From the NCBI GenBank assembly GCA_029569495.1, contig JAKQTB010000118.1, positions 3,628-67,627 on the forward strand: DNA of 64,000 nucleotides, written 5' to 3'. The notes below the pieces were generated by a model. It saw nothing but the letters and a program-made list of their open reading frames with translations, ran no database searches and was not told where the DNA came from. Below, one piece after another: positions 42,168-52,381 of this stretch. The stretch comes from Pseudomonadota bacterium (GTDB lineage: Bacteria; Pseudomonadota; Gammaproteobacteria; Burkholderiales; Methylophilaceae). Both the position numbers and the translations under genes were made by a program. The first letter of the stretch is position 1; the number at the start of each line of letters is the position of its first letter.

Positions 42168-42716
42168 TTATTTACGATTCGGCAGCATTCTAACGAGCGT
42201 ATTGTCTTTTACAACATAGTGATGAAATAAGGCCGCCACGGCATGTATGCCTATCAGGTAATAGCCAACGGTGCCGATTGTTTGGTGAATCTCTTTGAGC
42301 CATTTGCCAGTTTCTTTATTTTCGGCAATCATGGCGGGCAACTCTAAACCAAAAAACGGAATTGGTTTTCCGGCAGCGCTTAACAATGCCCAGCCTAACA
42401 GCGGCATCACAATCATCAACGCATAAAGCGCCAAATGCACAAGTTTTGCCAGCACCATTTGCCAGCCTGGCGGATTAGGCACAATGCTGGGCGTGGCGCT
42501 GGTAACTCTGGCAAACAAGCGCAGCCAAACCAGCACAAACACGGATAAGCCCAGCATAAAGTGCCAAGTTTTAAGTGCCTCGCGCGGGTCACTGCCTTTG
42601 GGGTACAGTTCGCGCAATTCAATGCAGGCGTAGACAGCAATGAACAGCAGTAGCATCAACCAATGTAGTGCGATAGTCAGTGTGCTGTAACGGCTGGTGG
42701 GTTGGGTTGCATTCAT
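42168..42716 (-). CDS. cytochrome b561 (CybB family)
   Basis: Four TM helices with conserved His residues (ALHW, HFMLG, HxxxG). Confidence 0.8.
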   Translation of the reverse strand: MNATQPTSRYSTLTIALHWLMLLLFIAVYACIELRELYPKGSDPREALKTWHFMLGLSVFVLVWLRLFARVTSATPSIVPNPPGWQMVLAKLVHLALYALMIVMPLLGWALLSAAGKPIPFFGLELPAMIAENKETGKWLKEIHQTIGTVGYYLIGIHAVAALFHHYVVKDNTLVRMLPNRK

Positions 42717-42780
42717 GATTGCCTCCCTAGGCATTGATTGAAATAATTATTTTTCTGCTTGTAGCATTTAGATATTACGC

Positions 42781-44142
42781 TTAAACGGACTTTTTGCCTA
42801 AAAACCACAGCCAGATATATCCAATAACTCCGGCGAATAGCGAAGCTAACAAAACGCCAGTTTTGGCCATGAGCAAGTTTTCTGGCTGCCCCATAAAACC
42901 AAGTTCTGCGATAAAAATTGACATGGTAAAACCAATGCCACCCAGAATAGAAACAGCCGCAATTTGGCTAAAACGTGTGCCTGTGGGTAGCTGGCCAATG
43001 CCAAATTTTAGTGCCAGCCAACACGCACCTGTAATGCCAATAAATTTACCAAAAAACAAACCAAACGCAACGCCGAGCATCACTGGATGTGTCAGCGTGT
43101 CACTTAGCGAATTGAATTGAATTGGTATGCCCGCGTTAAAAATAGCAAAAATCGGAATCACGATAAACGCCACTGGTAGGTGCCAAATATGTTCTAAACG
43201 TTGTAAGGGAGTTTGTACGCCATTGACGCTTTCTTCTAAGTTTTGTACCACCGTATAAAGTTTTTTATTTGTTAAAGGGCTATCATCTTTTTTTCTGCTA
43301 GCAATGTAGCGGTCAATCAATTCATTAATGCGGTCCGCGAATAAGTTGGGGTCATATTTTGATCTTGCTGGCACGCTGAATGCACCTAGCACCCCCGCAA
43401 GCGTTGCGTGTACGCCAGATTGAAGCAAGGCGTACCAAAGAATGACCGCAATCACAAAATAAGGTATCGCATTACGGATTCCTGCAAAGTTAAAGGTTAA
43501 CAGCACCGCGAAAAAAGCAGCGGATACTGCCAGCCAAAATAGTGACAATTCGTTGGTGTAAAAGAGCGCAATGACTAACACTGCCCCTAAATCATCTGCA
43601 ATGGCGAGGGCCACTAAAAAAGTAATCAACGCTTTTGGCACGCGGTTAGCAAGCAAGGCCAACGCACCTACCGCAAAGGCAATGTCGGTTGCCATGGGTA
43701 TACCCCAGCCATGCATAGCCGCACCTTCATGATTAAAGGCTATGTAAATAAGTGCAGGCACCACCATGCCGCCAATGGCTGCGACAATAGGTAATGCTGC
43801 TTGTCGTATGTCTGATAATTCTCCCGCCATAATTTCGCGTTTAAGCTCCATCCCGACAACAAAGAAAAACAGCGCCATTAAAGCATCGTTCACCCAGTGA
43901 TGCAGGCTCATATCGATGCCCCAGTCGCCAATGGCTACTTTGACGGGCGTGTGGATGAAGTGCTGATACGCTTCAGCCAAACTGCCATTTGCTAAAAACA
44001 GCGCAATAATCGCAGCACCCATCAGCAGCAAACCGCTGGTGGTTTGGTGATGAATAAATTCTTCAAAGGGGGTTAACACGCGTTTAAATGCGCGCTCCCA
44101 TGGTGCGTAAAGGATGTCTTTTTCTGATGATTTATTGGCCAT
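42781..44142 (-). CDS. nhaA: Na+/H+ antiporter NhaA (long form)
   Basis: NhaA family sequence including the DDLGAV region. 453 aa. Confidence 0.85.
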   Translation of the reverse strand: MANKSSEKDILYAPWERAFKRVLTPFEEFIHHQTTSGLLLMGAAIIALFLANGSLAEAYQHFIHTPVKVAIGDWGIDMSLHHWVNDALMALFFFVVGMELKREIMAGELSDIRQAALPIVAAIGGMVVPALIYIAFNHEGAAMHGWGIPMATDIAFAVGALALLANRVPKALITFLVALAIADDLGAVLVIALFYTNELSLFWLAVSAAFFAVLLTFNFAGIRNAIPYFVIAVILWYALLQSGVHATLAGVLGAFSVPARSKYDPNLFADRINELIDRYIASRKKDDSPLTNKKLYTVVQNLEESVNGVQTPLQRLEHIWHLPVAFIVIPIFAIFNAGIPIQFNSLSDTLTHPVMLGVAFGLFFGKFIGITGACWLALKFGIGQLPTGTRFSQIAAVSILGGIGFTMSIFIAELGFMGQPENLLMAKTGVLLASLFAGVIGYIWLWFLGKKSV

Positions 44143-44256
44143 GCAAATTTTTTCTGGTGAGGCGATGCGTTAGCTTAAAACATATCACAAATTTGGCGCG
44201 TTTTTTTTGTATTTTTGCAACGCATCAATGCGATGATTTATGCTAATTTTAACACT

Positions 44257-44320
44257 AACCTTTTTCGATGCTCTGGAAGCCTTGTAAATAAAGGCTTCCA
44301 GAGCATAAATTTTTTCTCGT
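44257..44320 (+). repeat. 64-bp hairpin repeat, copy E8 (perfect stem)
   Basis: aacctttttcgatgctctggaagcc-ttgtaaataaa-ggcttccagagcataaattttttctcgt. Confidence 0.95.
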
Positions 44321-44349
44321 GCGCATAGATGATACATTTTTTGCAATTA

Positions 44350-45249
44350 TTAGGCTAATTTAGTATTGGTAACCACAATCACATCGCACGTTGCTACCTG
44401 GGAAACATCTTTGCTGACGCTACCTAATAGCCATTCTTGAAAACCGCTCATGCCATGCCGGCCAATCACAATCAGGTCGGCAGGTAATTCGGTAGCGCGC
44501 ACGCAGATTCCAGATGCTGGGTAGCCAGTCACGACTTTACTTGTAACACGATTGTCACTTAGTTTCGCCAGTATTTTATCAAGCTGTTTGCCCACTTCCA
44601 TGAGCGCACTATTTTGGTATAGATGAAGTTTTTCATCATCAAGGCCTATTTGACGCATACGAGCTTCCTGTGTCACGTCAAAGACATGTAGTGTTTCGAC
44701 AGTAGCTTCTGGCGCCAAAGTGCAGGCGATTGTTGGAACCGCTCTCGATCCTTCTGAAAAATCAACGGCAGCAATTACCTGTTGATAGGGTGAAACTTTC
44801 TTGTTTTTAACAATCAGTACTGGGCAGTTAGCTGACCTTAGTAAGCGTGTAGCCGTGGAACCTAATAGTAGGTTAAGGATAGCATTTTCATGCTGCCCTC
44901 TCGCGCCCGCCACAATCAGGCAGCCTGCTTTGCTTGCGGCGTAGCTTGCGATTTCTGCGTGAGCAAGACCAATTCGCGTCGCTATTTCTATTGGTATATC
45001 GAAGTCTTTTTTGAGATTGTCAGCAATAACGCTTAGTTGACTGATGTTAGTTGATTGTTGCATGTGTGCAATTTGCTTTTGAGACCCAAAAGACAACTCT
45101 GTTCCCACATATAAATCTAAGGGATGTGCTACGTGAATAAGGCTCAAATTTGCGTTGAGTTGTTTTGCAATGAGTGCGGCACGATAAACGGCTCGTTCGG
45201 CGGCAGGCGAAAAATCGGTGGCGGCAACAATGTGAGAAATAGCTTGCAT
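44350..45249 (-). CDS. tandem-domain universal stress protein
   Basis: Two UspA domains. 299 aa. Confidence 0.85.
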   Translation of the reverse strand: MQAISHIVAATDFSPAAERAVYRAALIAKQLNANLSLIHVAHPLDLYVGTELSFGSQKQIAHMQQSTNISQLSVIADNLKKDFDIPIEIATRIGLAHAEIASYAASKAGCLIVAGARGQHENAILNLLLGSTATRLLRSANCPVLIVKNKKVSPYQQVIAAVDFSEGSRAVPTIACTLAPEATVETLHVFDVTQEARMRQIGLDDEKLHLYQNSALMEVGKQLDKILAKLSDNRVTSKVVTGYPASGICVRATELPADLIVIGRHGMSGFQEWLLGSVSKDVSQVATCDVIVVTNTKLA

Positions 45250-45323
45250 GACGTTCTCCTGATAATTGAAGTATATTTTTTTTTTAAATATGATGACTAT
45301 GAGGTAAATACTAAAAGGTCATA

Positions 45324-48020
45324 TCAATGATGAGTGGCAATCCGCGCTTTTGTTTCACGGTACAACCAACCTTGCCGTATCAACCATTTTTCAATTTCTA
45401 CTGCAATAAATACAACACTAGATAAAACAAGACAAAGAGCAAGCTCGTGCATACTCAGCGGTTCGGTTTTAAAAATGGCGTTAAATGCAGGCACGTATAT
45501 GGTTGCCATTTGTAACATAAACGTCACAGCAACGGTGATTACCAATGGCATGTTCGAGAAAATGCCGATGCTAAATAGCGACTCTTTTTCAGAGCGTATT
45601 GCCATGACATGCGCTAATTGAGATAACGTTAACACAGTAAATGCCATGGTTTGCCAGTGAGAAGACCCTGTGTGGTATGCCCATGCCTGTACAAATAGGG
45701 TTAGCCCCGCCATGAGCAGACCTACCCAAATGACGTGCTGCCACATCCCATGTGCAAACAAGCTTTCTTGTGGTGCGCGTGGCGGACGGCGCATTACACC
45801 GCGTTCGGCAGGTTCGGCGGTCAGCGCCAAAGCCGGTAAGCCGTCAGTGACCAGATTAATCCACAATATATGGGTTGGTAGCAATGGGATTGGCAACCCT
45901 AAAAAAGGCGCCAAGAAAATCGTCAATACTTCTGCCGAGTTTGTGGTGACTGCGTAGCGAACAAATTTACGAATATTGTCATACAGGCGCCTACCGTAGC
46001 GGACAGCATTGACTATTGTGGCAAAGTTATCGTCTAACAACACCATGCGCGATGCTTCACGTGCGACATCGGTGCCGCCCTTGCCCATGGCAATGCCAAT
46101 GTCTGCGGCTTTAAGTGCTGGCGCATCGTTGACACCATCGCCTGTCATGGCGACAATCTCGCCTTTATCTTGCAGCGCGCGTACGATTTTAATTTTTTGG
46201 GCTGGGTCCACGCGCGCATAAACGCGTACGCGTTCAACTTCAGCTTTAAATGTTTTTTCATCTAAACTGGCCAAATCGGCGCCAGTCATTACTCTGCCAT
46301 CGCTATCAGCCAATATACCAAGTTGATGCGCGATGGCACGCGCGGTGGCAGGGTGGTCTCCCGTAATCATCACAGGCGTAATGCCGGCGGATTTGCATAA
46401 TGAAACCGCCTCTTTTGCCTCGCTACGTGGCGGGTCAATCAAGCCGATTAGCCCAATAAACACCAGGTTTTGTTCCAACTCATCAGGCTGCTGGCTGTCA
46501 GGCAGTGCAGGCCAATGACGATAGGCAAACGCAAGCACGCGTAGTCCATTGGCTGCCATTGCTTCAGCCTGTTGCAGCAATGCTAATTGGTCTATGGCTT
46601 GCTCACCACTTGAAGTGAGTGCGCGCGTACATTGTGATATCAGCGCCTCTGGCGACCCTTTAGTGTAAGCAATCACGCTATCCGCTGTCTGATGAAAAGT
46701 AGTCATACGCTTACGCTCAGAATCAAACGCGAGCTCTTTTAGCCTTGGATAATTTTGTTCTAATATCACTTTGTCCCAGTCGGCTTCTTTGGCAGCACGC
46801 AAAAAAGCAGCTTCTGTCGGCTCGCCTTGTATTTTTCCGAGGCTATCAAGATGCGCGTCATTACTCAATGCTAACGCCTGAAACAAGGTAAGCCACGGCT
46901 TATCTTTGTTTTCAATCAAAGATTCGTGTTCAATCAAAGTGTTCTTATTCTGCCATGTGCTACAAAGCGCGCCATCTACATACAAGGTGGTTACATGCAT
47001 TTTATTCTGCGTCAGTGTGCCAGTTTTATCAGAGCAGATAAAAGTCACTGAGCCTAACGTTTCAACGGCTGGCAAGCTTTGAATCAAGGCATGCTGCTTG
47101 ACCATTTTATGCGCGCCAAGCGCGAGTGAAATCGTCACCACGGCCGGCAATGCCGATGGAATGGCCGCTACAGCCAAACTCACTGCTGTCATAAACATCA
47201 GCAATAAGGGCTCGCCTCGGGTAATACCAATGACAAACACCAGTACGCAAATCGTCAGCGCAGCAAGTGATATCCACTTACCAAAGCCAGCCAAGCGTTT
47301 TTGTAATGGCGTTTTGCTGTCGTCACCTTCGCTTAGTAATCTGGCGATTTTACCCAATTCACTTTGCATGCCCGTGGCGATGACTAAGCCACGTCCGCGT
47401 CCGTAAGTCACAACTGTACCTTTGTAAGCTAGGCAGGTTTTGTCGCCCAAAGGAGCATCCACTACAGATAGGGGATGAATTTGTTTTTCAACCGCGACTG
47501 ATTCACCAGTCAGCGCTGATTCATCAATTCTGAGTTGTGCCGCCTCAATCAGTCTGAAATCGGCTGGCACCACGTTGCCAGCTTCCAGCAGTACAACATC
47601 GCCTGGCACCAGTTCGGATGCGTTAATGGTCTTTACTTGGCCATCGCGTAGCACACGTGCGCTTGCTTCAGACATGCGCTTGAGAGCTGCCATTGCGCGC
47701 TCTGCACGAAACTCTTGGATAAAACCAACAATCGCATTCAGAATCACAATCACGATGATAAATAAAGTATCGCCAACATCGCCCAAAAATCCTGAAATGA
47801 TGGCCGCAACAATGAGCACCATAATCATGAATTCGGTAAATTGATCGAGCAGCATGCGCCAAGGTGAACGCCTGCGCTTTTCTTGCAGGGCATTAGGGCC
47901 GTGCCGTACGATTCGTTCTGCCACTTGTGTAGCGTTTAGGCCGGTTTGGTGATTCGTTTCAAGTTGCAGCGCCACTTCATCTGCTGATAGTGTGTGCCAA
48001 TGGTGCAGAAGAATTTTCAT
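45324..48020 (-). CDS. P-type cation-transporting ATPase (type II-like, specificity unclear)
   Basis: Motifs [23 protein letters not shown] and TM6 [11 protein letters not shown]4 reads IPSALPAV instead of IPEGLPAV. Confidence 0.9.
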   Translation of the reverse strand: MKILLHHWHTLSADEVALQLETNHQTGLNATQVAERIVRHGPNALQEKRRRSPWRMLLDQFTEFMIMVLIVAAIISGFLGDVGDTLFIIVIVILNAIVGFIQEFRAERAMAALKRMSEASARVLRDGQVKTINASELVPGDVVLLEAGNVVPADFRLIEAAQLRIDESALTGESVAVEKQIHPLSVVDAPLGDKTCLAYKGTVVTYGRGRGLVIATGMQSELGKIARLLSEGDDSKTPLQKRLAGFGKWISLAALTICVLVFVIGITRGEPLLLMFMTAVSLAVAAIPSALPAVVTISLALGAHKMVKQHALIQSLPAVETLGSVTFICSDKTGTLTQNKMHVTTLYVDGALCSTWQNKNTLIEHESLIENKDKPWLTLFQALALSNDAHLDSLGKIQGEPTEAAFLRAAKEADWDKVILEQNYPRLKELAFDSERKRMTTFHQTADSVIAYTKGSPEALISQCTRALTSSGEQAIDQLALLQQAEAMAANGLRVLAFAYRHWPALPDSQQPDELEQNLVFIGLIGLIDPPRSEAKEAVSLCKSAGITPVMITGDHPATARAIAHQLGILADSDGRVMTGADLASLDEKTFKAEVERVRVYARVDPAQKIKIVRALQDKGEIVAMTGDGVNDAPALKAADIGIAMGKGGTDVAREASRMVLLDDNFATIVNAVRYGRRLYDNIRKFVRYAVTTNSAEVLTIFLAPFLGLPIPLLPTHILWINLVTDGLPALALTAEPAERGVMRRPPRAPQESLFAHGMWQHVIWVGLLMAGLTLFVQAWAYHTGSSHWQTMAFTVLTLSQLAHVMAIRSEKESLFSIGIFSNMPLVITVAVTFMLQMATIYVPAFNAIFKTEPLSMHELALCLVLSSVVFIAVEIEKWLIRQGWLYRETKARIATHH

Positions 48021-48099
48021 ATGATCAATAAACGGCGGTATTGCTTGAAAAAATCCAACTAAGTAATGGCGTCATGGTAAGTACCTGATATCTATTTTA

Positions 48100-49101
48100 T
48101 TACCCATGCTGAAATTGTATCCATGTGTTAAGAATGTACAACAGAAACAGGCCCAGACTAATCCAAGTGAGTTTTAGTACAGCACGGTGCTGCGGGCGAA
48201 AAATAATTCCAACGATTACCAGCGCACTCATCATCACTGCAGTAAAGGCCGTCATGGCGTGACCGGCATCTACGCTGGCAAGTAAAGGGCCTTTGGTGTA
48301 AAACAAGTCATCTACCGCTAGGTAAATAATGTTAAACAAATTGCTGCCCAACAAGTTGGCAATCGCCATATCCAGCGCGCCGATACGTAATGCAGATATG
48401 GTAACCACGATTTCCGGTGCGGAGGTGACCGCAGCCACTAACAAAGTGCCAACGAAGCTTTGTCCCCAGCCCATCAGTTCGGCAATGTCTTTAGCTACGA
48501 AAGGCAGCCAGGAACCTGCTGCTACCACTGCCATTGCCGCCATTGCATAACCGGCGATTGCTTGACGCAATGTCACTTGCGGATAGCGTTCTGTCGAGGC
48601 TTCGGTATAGGCGTCCAGCGTGCGCCGCTCATAGCGGTGAACAGCACGGATGGCTACAAAATAAACTAGCACAAAAAATGGTGCATACAACCCAACGTGG
48701 CCGAGCGCGGGGCTTATACCAGCATGGTCGAGTAATAGGCTAAATCCTGCAAAAGCAATCATCAGTGCGCCCAGCGAGGCAGACAAAATATGCCCTTGTG
48801 CGGCGCGGCTGTATAGCGTTTCGCGCTGATATAGCGCATCTAGTATCACCAGAAAGCCAAGATTAAATACGGTGCTACCCAATGCGTTGCCGACTGCGAT
48901 ATTGGGGGCGTTGGCCAGTGAGACTGCGGAAATTCCAGTCGCCAATTCCGGCAAAGAAGTAGCGGTGGCTAGCAAGATGAGGCCTACCCAAGAGGCCGAC
49001 ATCCCCGTTTTTTCAGCAATGATGTCACCATAGCGTGAAAGGTAATAGCCTGCAAAACCAATGGTAATCAAACAGGTGAGAAATTGTAGCCAAAGAAACA
49101 A
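48100..49101 (-). CDS. CaCA-family (YrbG-like) cation/Ca2+ exchanger
   Basis: Two alpha-repeat motifs GNALGSTVFN and ANLLGSNLFN. TTG start. Confidence 0.8.
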   Translation of the reverse strand: MFLWLQFLTCLITIGFAGYYLSRYGDIIAEKTGMSASWVGLILLATATSLPELATGISAVSLANAPNIAVGNALGSTVFNLGFLVILDALYQRETLYSRAAQGHILSASLGALMIAFAGFSLLLDHAGISPALGHVGLYAPFFVLVYFVAIRAVHRYERRTLDAYTEASTERYPQVTLRQAIAGYAMAAMAVVAAGSWLPFVAKDIAELMGWGQSFVGTLLVAAVTSAPEIVVTISALRIGALDMAIANLLGSNLFNIIYLAVDDLFYTKGPLLASVDAGHAMTAFTAVMMSALVIVGIIFRPQHRAVLKLTWISLGLFLLYILNTWIQFQHG

Positions 49102-49248
49102 TGGATTGACCTTACCTTATAGTGTTATTGCATACTGATCGTTCGCTTTGGTTTTTATCTGACATCAAAGCACTTATTTAGGGTTGATTTTACCGCCATC
49201 GAAATTTGCTTGCTACGCGTGTGAACACGTAGCTTCATCTTGCAAGAC

Positions 49249-49866
49249 TTAAGTCATTAAATCACTTTCATGCACAATGCGAGCGAGGTCTAGCAAGTTT
49301 GTAGCCCCTGTTTTATGCATAATTTTAGATTTGTGAATTTCTACCGTGCGATGGCTAATGCCTAGTTCACGGGCAATATGCTTATTTGTATGGCCTTGCA
49401 CAGCAAGTAGCATCACATCACGCTCTCTATCGGTAAGCTCAGCAAGTCGCGACAAGGCTTCTAGATGATGAGAGTTTTCCGATAACACCCGTTCAGACTT
49501 TAGTATTGCCGCTTTTACTGAGGCTAAAAGCTTTTCGCGTGTTACAGGTTTGGTAAGAAAGTCTACTGCGCCTGCTTTCATGGCCTGCACGCTCATTGGA
49601 ATGTCGCCATGGCCGGTGAGGAAAATGACCGGTAATAATATGTGGCGTGCCAACATCGCTTTATGCAAATCCAGACCACTCATGCCAGGCATGCGAATAT
49701 CAATGATGGCGCAGCCGCGGCACTCTGGCTGATAATGGGTTAAAAATGCTTCAGCGCTCTCATAAGTTTGTACAGCAACGTTGTCCAAATCAATCATCAG
49801 AGACAGCGCGTCACGAATAGCGGGGTCATCATCCACAATAAAAATCGTCGTGCTGTTGGCGTTCAT
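49249..49866 (-). CDS. FixJ/NarL-type response regulator
   Basis: Receiver domain (IFIVDDDPAIRD) plus LuxR HTH. ATG 49866 avoids overlap with the kinase (track ORF starts at 49929). Confidence 0.85.
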   Translation of the reverse strand: MNANSTTIFIVDDDPAIRDALSLMIDLDNVAVQTYESAEAFLTHYQPECRGCAIIDIRMPGMSGLDLHKAMLARHILLPVIFLTGHGDIPMSVQAMKAGAVDFLTKPVTREKLLASVKAAILKSERVLSENSHHLEALSRLAELTDRERDVMLLAVQGHTNKHIARELGISHRTVEIHKSKIMHKTGATNLLDLARIVHESDLMT

Positions 49867-49918
49867 AGGATTGTATTTTCCGAGTGTTTTAAAAGTTAAT
49901 GAACCGATATTGCATATT

Positions 49919-51415
49919 TTATGGTGCAAAAGGTAATGTAAAGTGAAAAATAGCGCCTGATTCTACGTTAGGTTCCAGCCATAGCTGCCCACCGTTCGAT
50001 TCGACTAAAGCACGGCTAATGGCAAGTCCCATTCCGATTCCTGTAGGCTTGGTGGTAAAAAAAGGCTCGAATATTCGCTTCACCGCTTCTGCGGGTATGC
50101 CTGGCCCACTATCCTGCACTGATACATGCCCCATATTAAGGTTTTTGTTCGTGCGTACCGTTACGGTAATGGTTGAGTTGTTGGTGCCAATGCTACGCAT
50201 GGCTTCCACGGCATTACGAATTAAATTAACCAGTACTTTTTGTATTTGTATACGATTTGCTAATACCTGAGGCAAATTTTGCTCGAGTTCCAGTGCCGGT
50301 TGAAATTCTTTATAACCGTCAGATCTGGCAATATTCAGTGCATCTTTCACAAGCATATTTAAATCAAAGGGTGCAACCACAATGTTGCCAGCTTGCAAAA
50401 AGGCAAGTAATTCATGCAAACTGGTTCCTGCACGTTGCGCTTGGGCAACACAACCCTCAAGTGCACGCTTTAGTTTATCCGTGTTGAAATTAGCATCACT
50501 CAGTGCATGGAGGGCAACTTCACTGTAAGCTGAAATGGCAGCTAAGGGTTGATTTAGCTCGTGTGCAATCGCAGAGGCCGTTCTTGCTGCGACTTGTTGT
50601 TTAAATATAGATTCTGTTTCTGAACGTTGTTCTTGTAGTTTAGTTTCAAGCTTTTTACGTTCAGTAATGTCTTGTGCAATACCCACCAGTCTCGTGGCAT
50701 GATTGTCCTCAAAGTGCATGCGCCCTGTCGTGGCAATCCAATGTTCTGTGCCATCTTTTGCATTAATGATGCGAAATTCAGCATTATATTCCCCTGTGCC
50801 ATCGGGGTCGGTGGCTAAAATTAAGGCGGCTTGTCTGGTTTCACGGTCTTGAGGATGAATCGCTTCAATAAATTTTTCGTATGAAATTGTGCTGTCTGAA
50901 TCTCCACCCCACAATTCGCGCATGCGCTCGTCCCAATGCACGATATTCTGCTTGGCATCAAAATCAAAAACCCCTAATCCAGCAGAACGCCTCGCCAGTT
51001 GTAAACGCTCTTCACTGATTCTTAACGCATCTTCAGCTTCACGGCGATGACCAGCCACATAAAAAGTAGTGAGTACGTAAACTTGGTCTTTAATAGTAAC
51101 GGGACTCAAACTAATATCCACGGCAATTTTTTTGCCAGAACCCGTTAAAGCGAAAAGCGCTTTATCTTTGCCCATCGCGCGCTTTTCGGGCTTGTTAAAA
51201 TAAGATTGGCGCTGATGTTGGTGATGATTGCGATAGCTGACAGGAATAAGTGCCTCAACTGCAAGGCCGCACATCGCTTCGGCAGAATACTCAAGTAGCG
51301 ATAGCGCCGAGGCATTGGCTTGAAGAATAATGCCCGCATTGTTTACCAATAACATGGCATCTGCAGCGGCTTCAAAAATCGCTTCAAAACCCAGGTGTTT
51401 GATTAAATCTTTCAA
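49919..51415 (-). CDS. FixL-like PAS-PAS sensor histidine kinase (cytoplasmic)
   Basis: H-box AHELNQPLAAISAY is typical of FixL. The first PAS aligns with the FixL haem pocket. No TM segment. Confidence 0.8.
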   Translation of the reverse strand: MKDLIKHLGFEAIFEAAADAMLLVNNAGIILQANASALSLLEYSAEAMCGLAVEALIPVSYRNHHQHQRQSYFNKPEKRAMGKDKALFALTGSGKKIAVDISLSPVTIKDQVYVLTTFYVAGHRREAEDALRISEERLQLARRSAGLGVFDFDAKQNIVHWDERMRELWGGDSDSTISYEKFIEAIHPQDRETRQAALILATDPDGTGEYNAEFRIINAKDGTEHWIATTGRMHFEDNHATRLVGIAQDITERKKLETKLQEQRSETESIFKQQVAARTASAIAHELNQPLAAISAYSEVALHALSDANFNTDKLKRALEGCVAQAQRAGTSLHELLAFLQAGNIVVAPFDLNMLVKDALNIARSDGYKEFQPALELEQNLPQVLANRIQIQKVLVNLIRNAVEAMRSIGTNNSTITVTVRTNKNLNMGHVSVQDSGPGIPAEAVKRIFEPFFTTKPTGIGMGLAISRALVESNGGQLWLEPNVESGAIFHFTLPFAP

Positions 51416-51682
51416 TGGATTTACAGCCTAATTATTTGGTTTATCGTGTTGGAATCTAGCAACGCAGTCTAGTAAAAAAGTTAAATGATGTCCAATCATT
51501 ACAGATGCATTCTCCAGTTTTTGATATAAGGGCTTGCCCTTACGTGCTAGCCCGAATTTACGTAGAGGGTTTAGTCCAGTACATTGCAAGTGTCGATGGT
51601 GCTTAACTTGCAACGGCTAGTTGCACTAATCCCCCTAGATGAGTGCCGTCGACATTTTTTGGTGTAAGCGAGGAGAAATGCG

Positions 51683-51928
51683 ATGCAACTTTCAAAAGTT
51701 ACACAGCTTAACGCAAATAACCCAATTCCTGTGTATGGGGTTGAAGCCAAAGAAAAAAAACAAGTTAAAGCCAAGGCTGAAAGTAAGAAAACAGAAGTGG
51801 CGGTGGACGGTCAAGAGATGAGTTGTCGTGTGGCGATGTGCGCTTACTTTAAAGCGGAGGCGCGAGGTTTTGAGCCCGGCTATGAGTTAGAAGATTGGCT
51901 AGCGGCAGAGGCTGAGGTGGGGAAATGA
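51683..51928 (+). CDS. DUF2934-family small protein
   Basis: C-terminal motif YFKAEARGFEPGYELEDWLAAE. Confidence 0.6.
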   Translation: MQLSKVTQLNANNPIPVYGVEAKEKKQVKAKAESKKTEVAVDGQEMSCRVAMCAYFKAEARGFEPGYELEDWLAAEAEVGK

Positions 51929-52362
51929 GGTCCGCGCAATTGGTGCAGCTGCAAGGTCAAGTTAAGCGGCGTGGTAGTTTTGTGGCTGTAAGTGCTGAAC
52001 ATGCGAGCTTATGCCCAAGTGAGAAGATGACAGCTGTACTCACGCTGGATGAAAATGGCACCATTTTTGACTGTAACCAAGCGGCGGCAAAGTTGATTGA
52101 TTGTGTACCGAGTAGGCTTAAATGGAAGCATATCTCCAAAGTGATTCCAGAGTTCGCGGAAACGGCTTTGGTGCAAGGCGGTATTGTTAACCCAAATCTG
52201 CGATTTTTATCGCATATCGGTTATCAATTTGAATTGGTGGGTTTAAACGGTGTACATATTGCTTGTGCGCTATTTTTTAATGAAGTTGAAGATTTTGGTC
52301 GGCATTGTTTAAGAATGATTATTCGACCAGTAACAGAAGAAAATCAACTTGTATTTGAGTGA
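51925..52362 (+). CDS. small stand-alone PAS-like protein (tentative)
   Basis: ATGA overlap with the DUF2934 gene. The LDENGTIFDCNQAAAKL segment resembles a PAS core. The true start may be the internal Met at 52027. Confidence 0.45.
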   Translation: MRSAQLVQLQGQVKRRGSFVAVSAEHASLCPSEKMTAVLTLDENGTIFDCNQAAAKLIDCVPSRLKWKHISKVIPEFAETALVQGGIVNPNLRFLSHIGYQFELVGLNGVHIACALFFNEVEDFGRHCLRMIIRPVTEENQLVFE

Positions 52363-52381
52363 AGTTGCAAAAAGGAAAAAA

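Noticed and set aside
44215-44228. Additional FNR-like boxes. TTGCAACGCATCAA lies upstream of nhaA. TTGAAAAAATCCAA (48045-48058) lies upstream of the ATPase. TTGATTAATATCAC (35591-35604) lies at the transpeptidase start.
   Set aside because: Each has a mismatch in the TTGA-N6-TCAA core. Two are badly placed relative to the start codon. They are not strong enough to call without a position weight matrix scan.
51565-51580. A DosR-box-like half site, GGGTTTAGTCCAG, in the kinase/DUF2934 intergenic region.
   Set aside because: Only the right half resembles the GGGACTTTAGTCCC palindrome. No second copy was found in other promoters of the locus.
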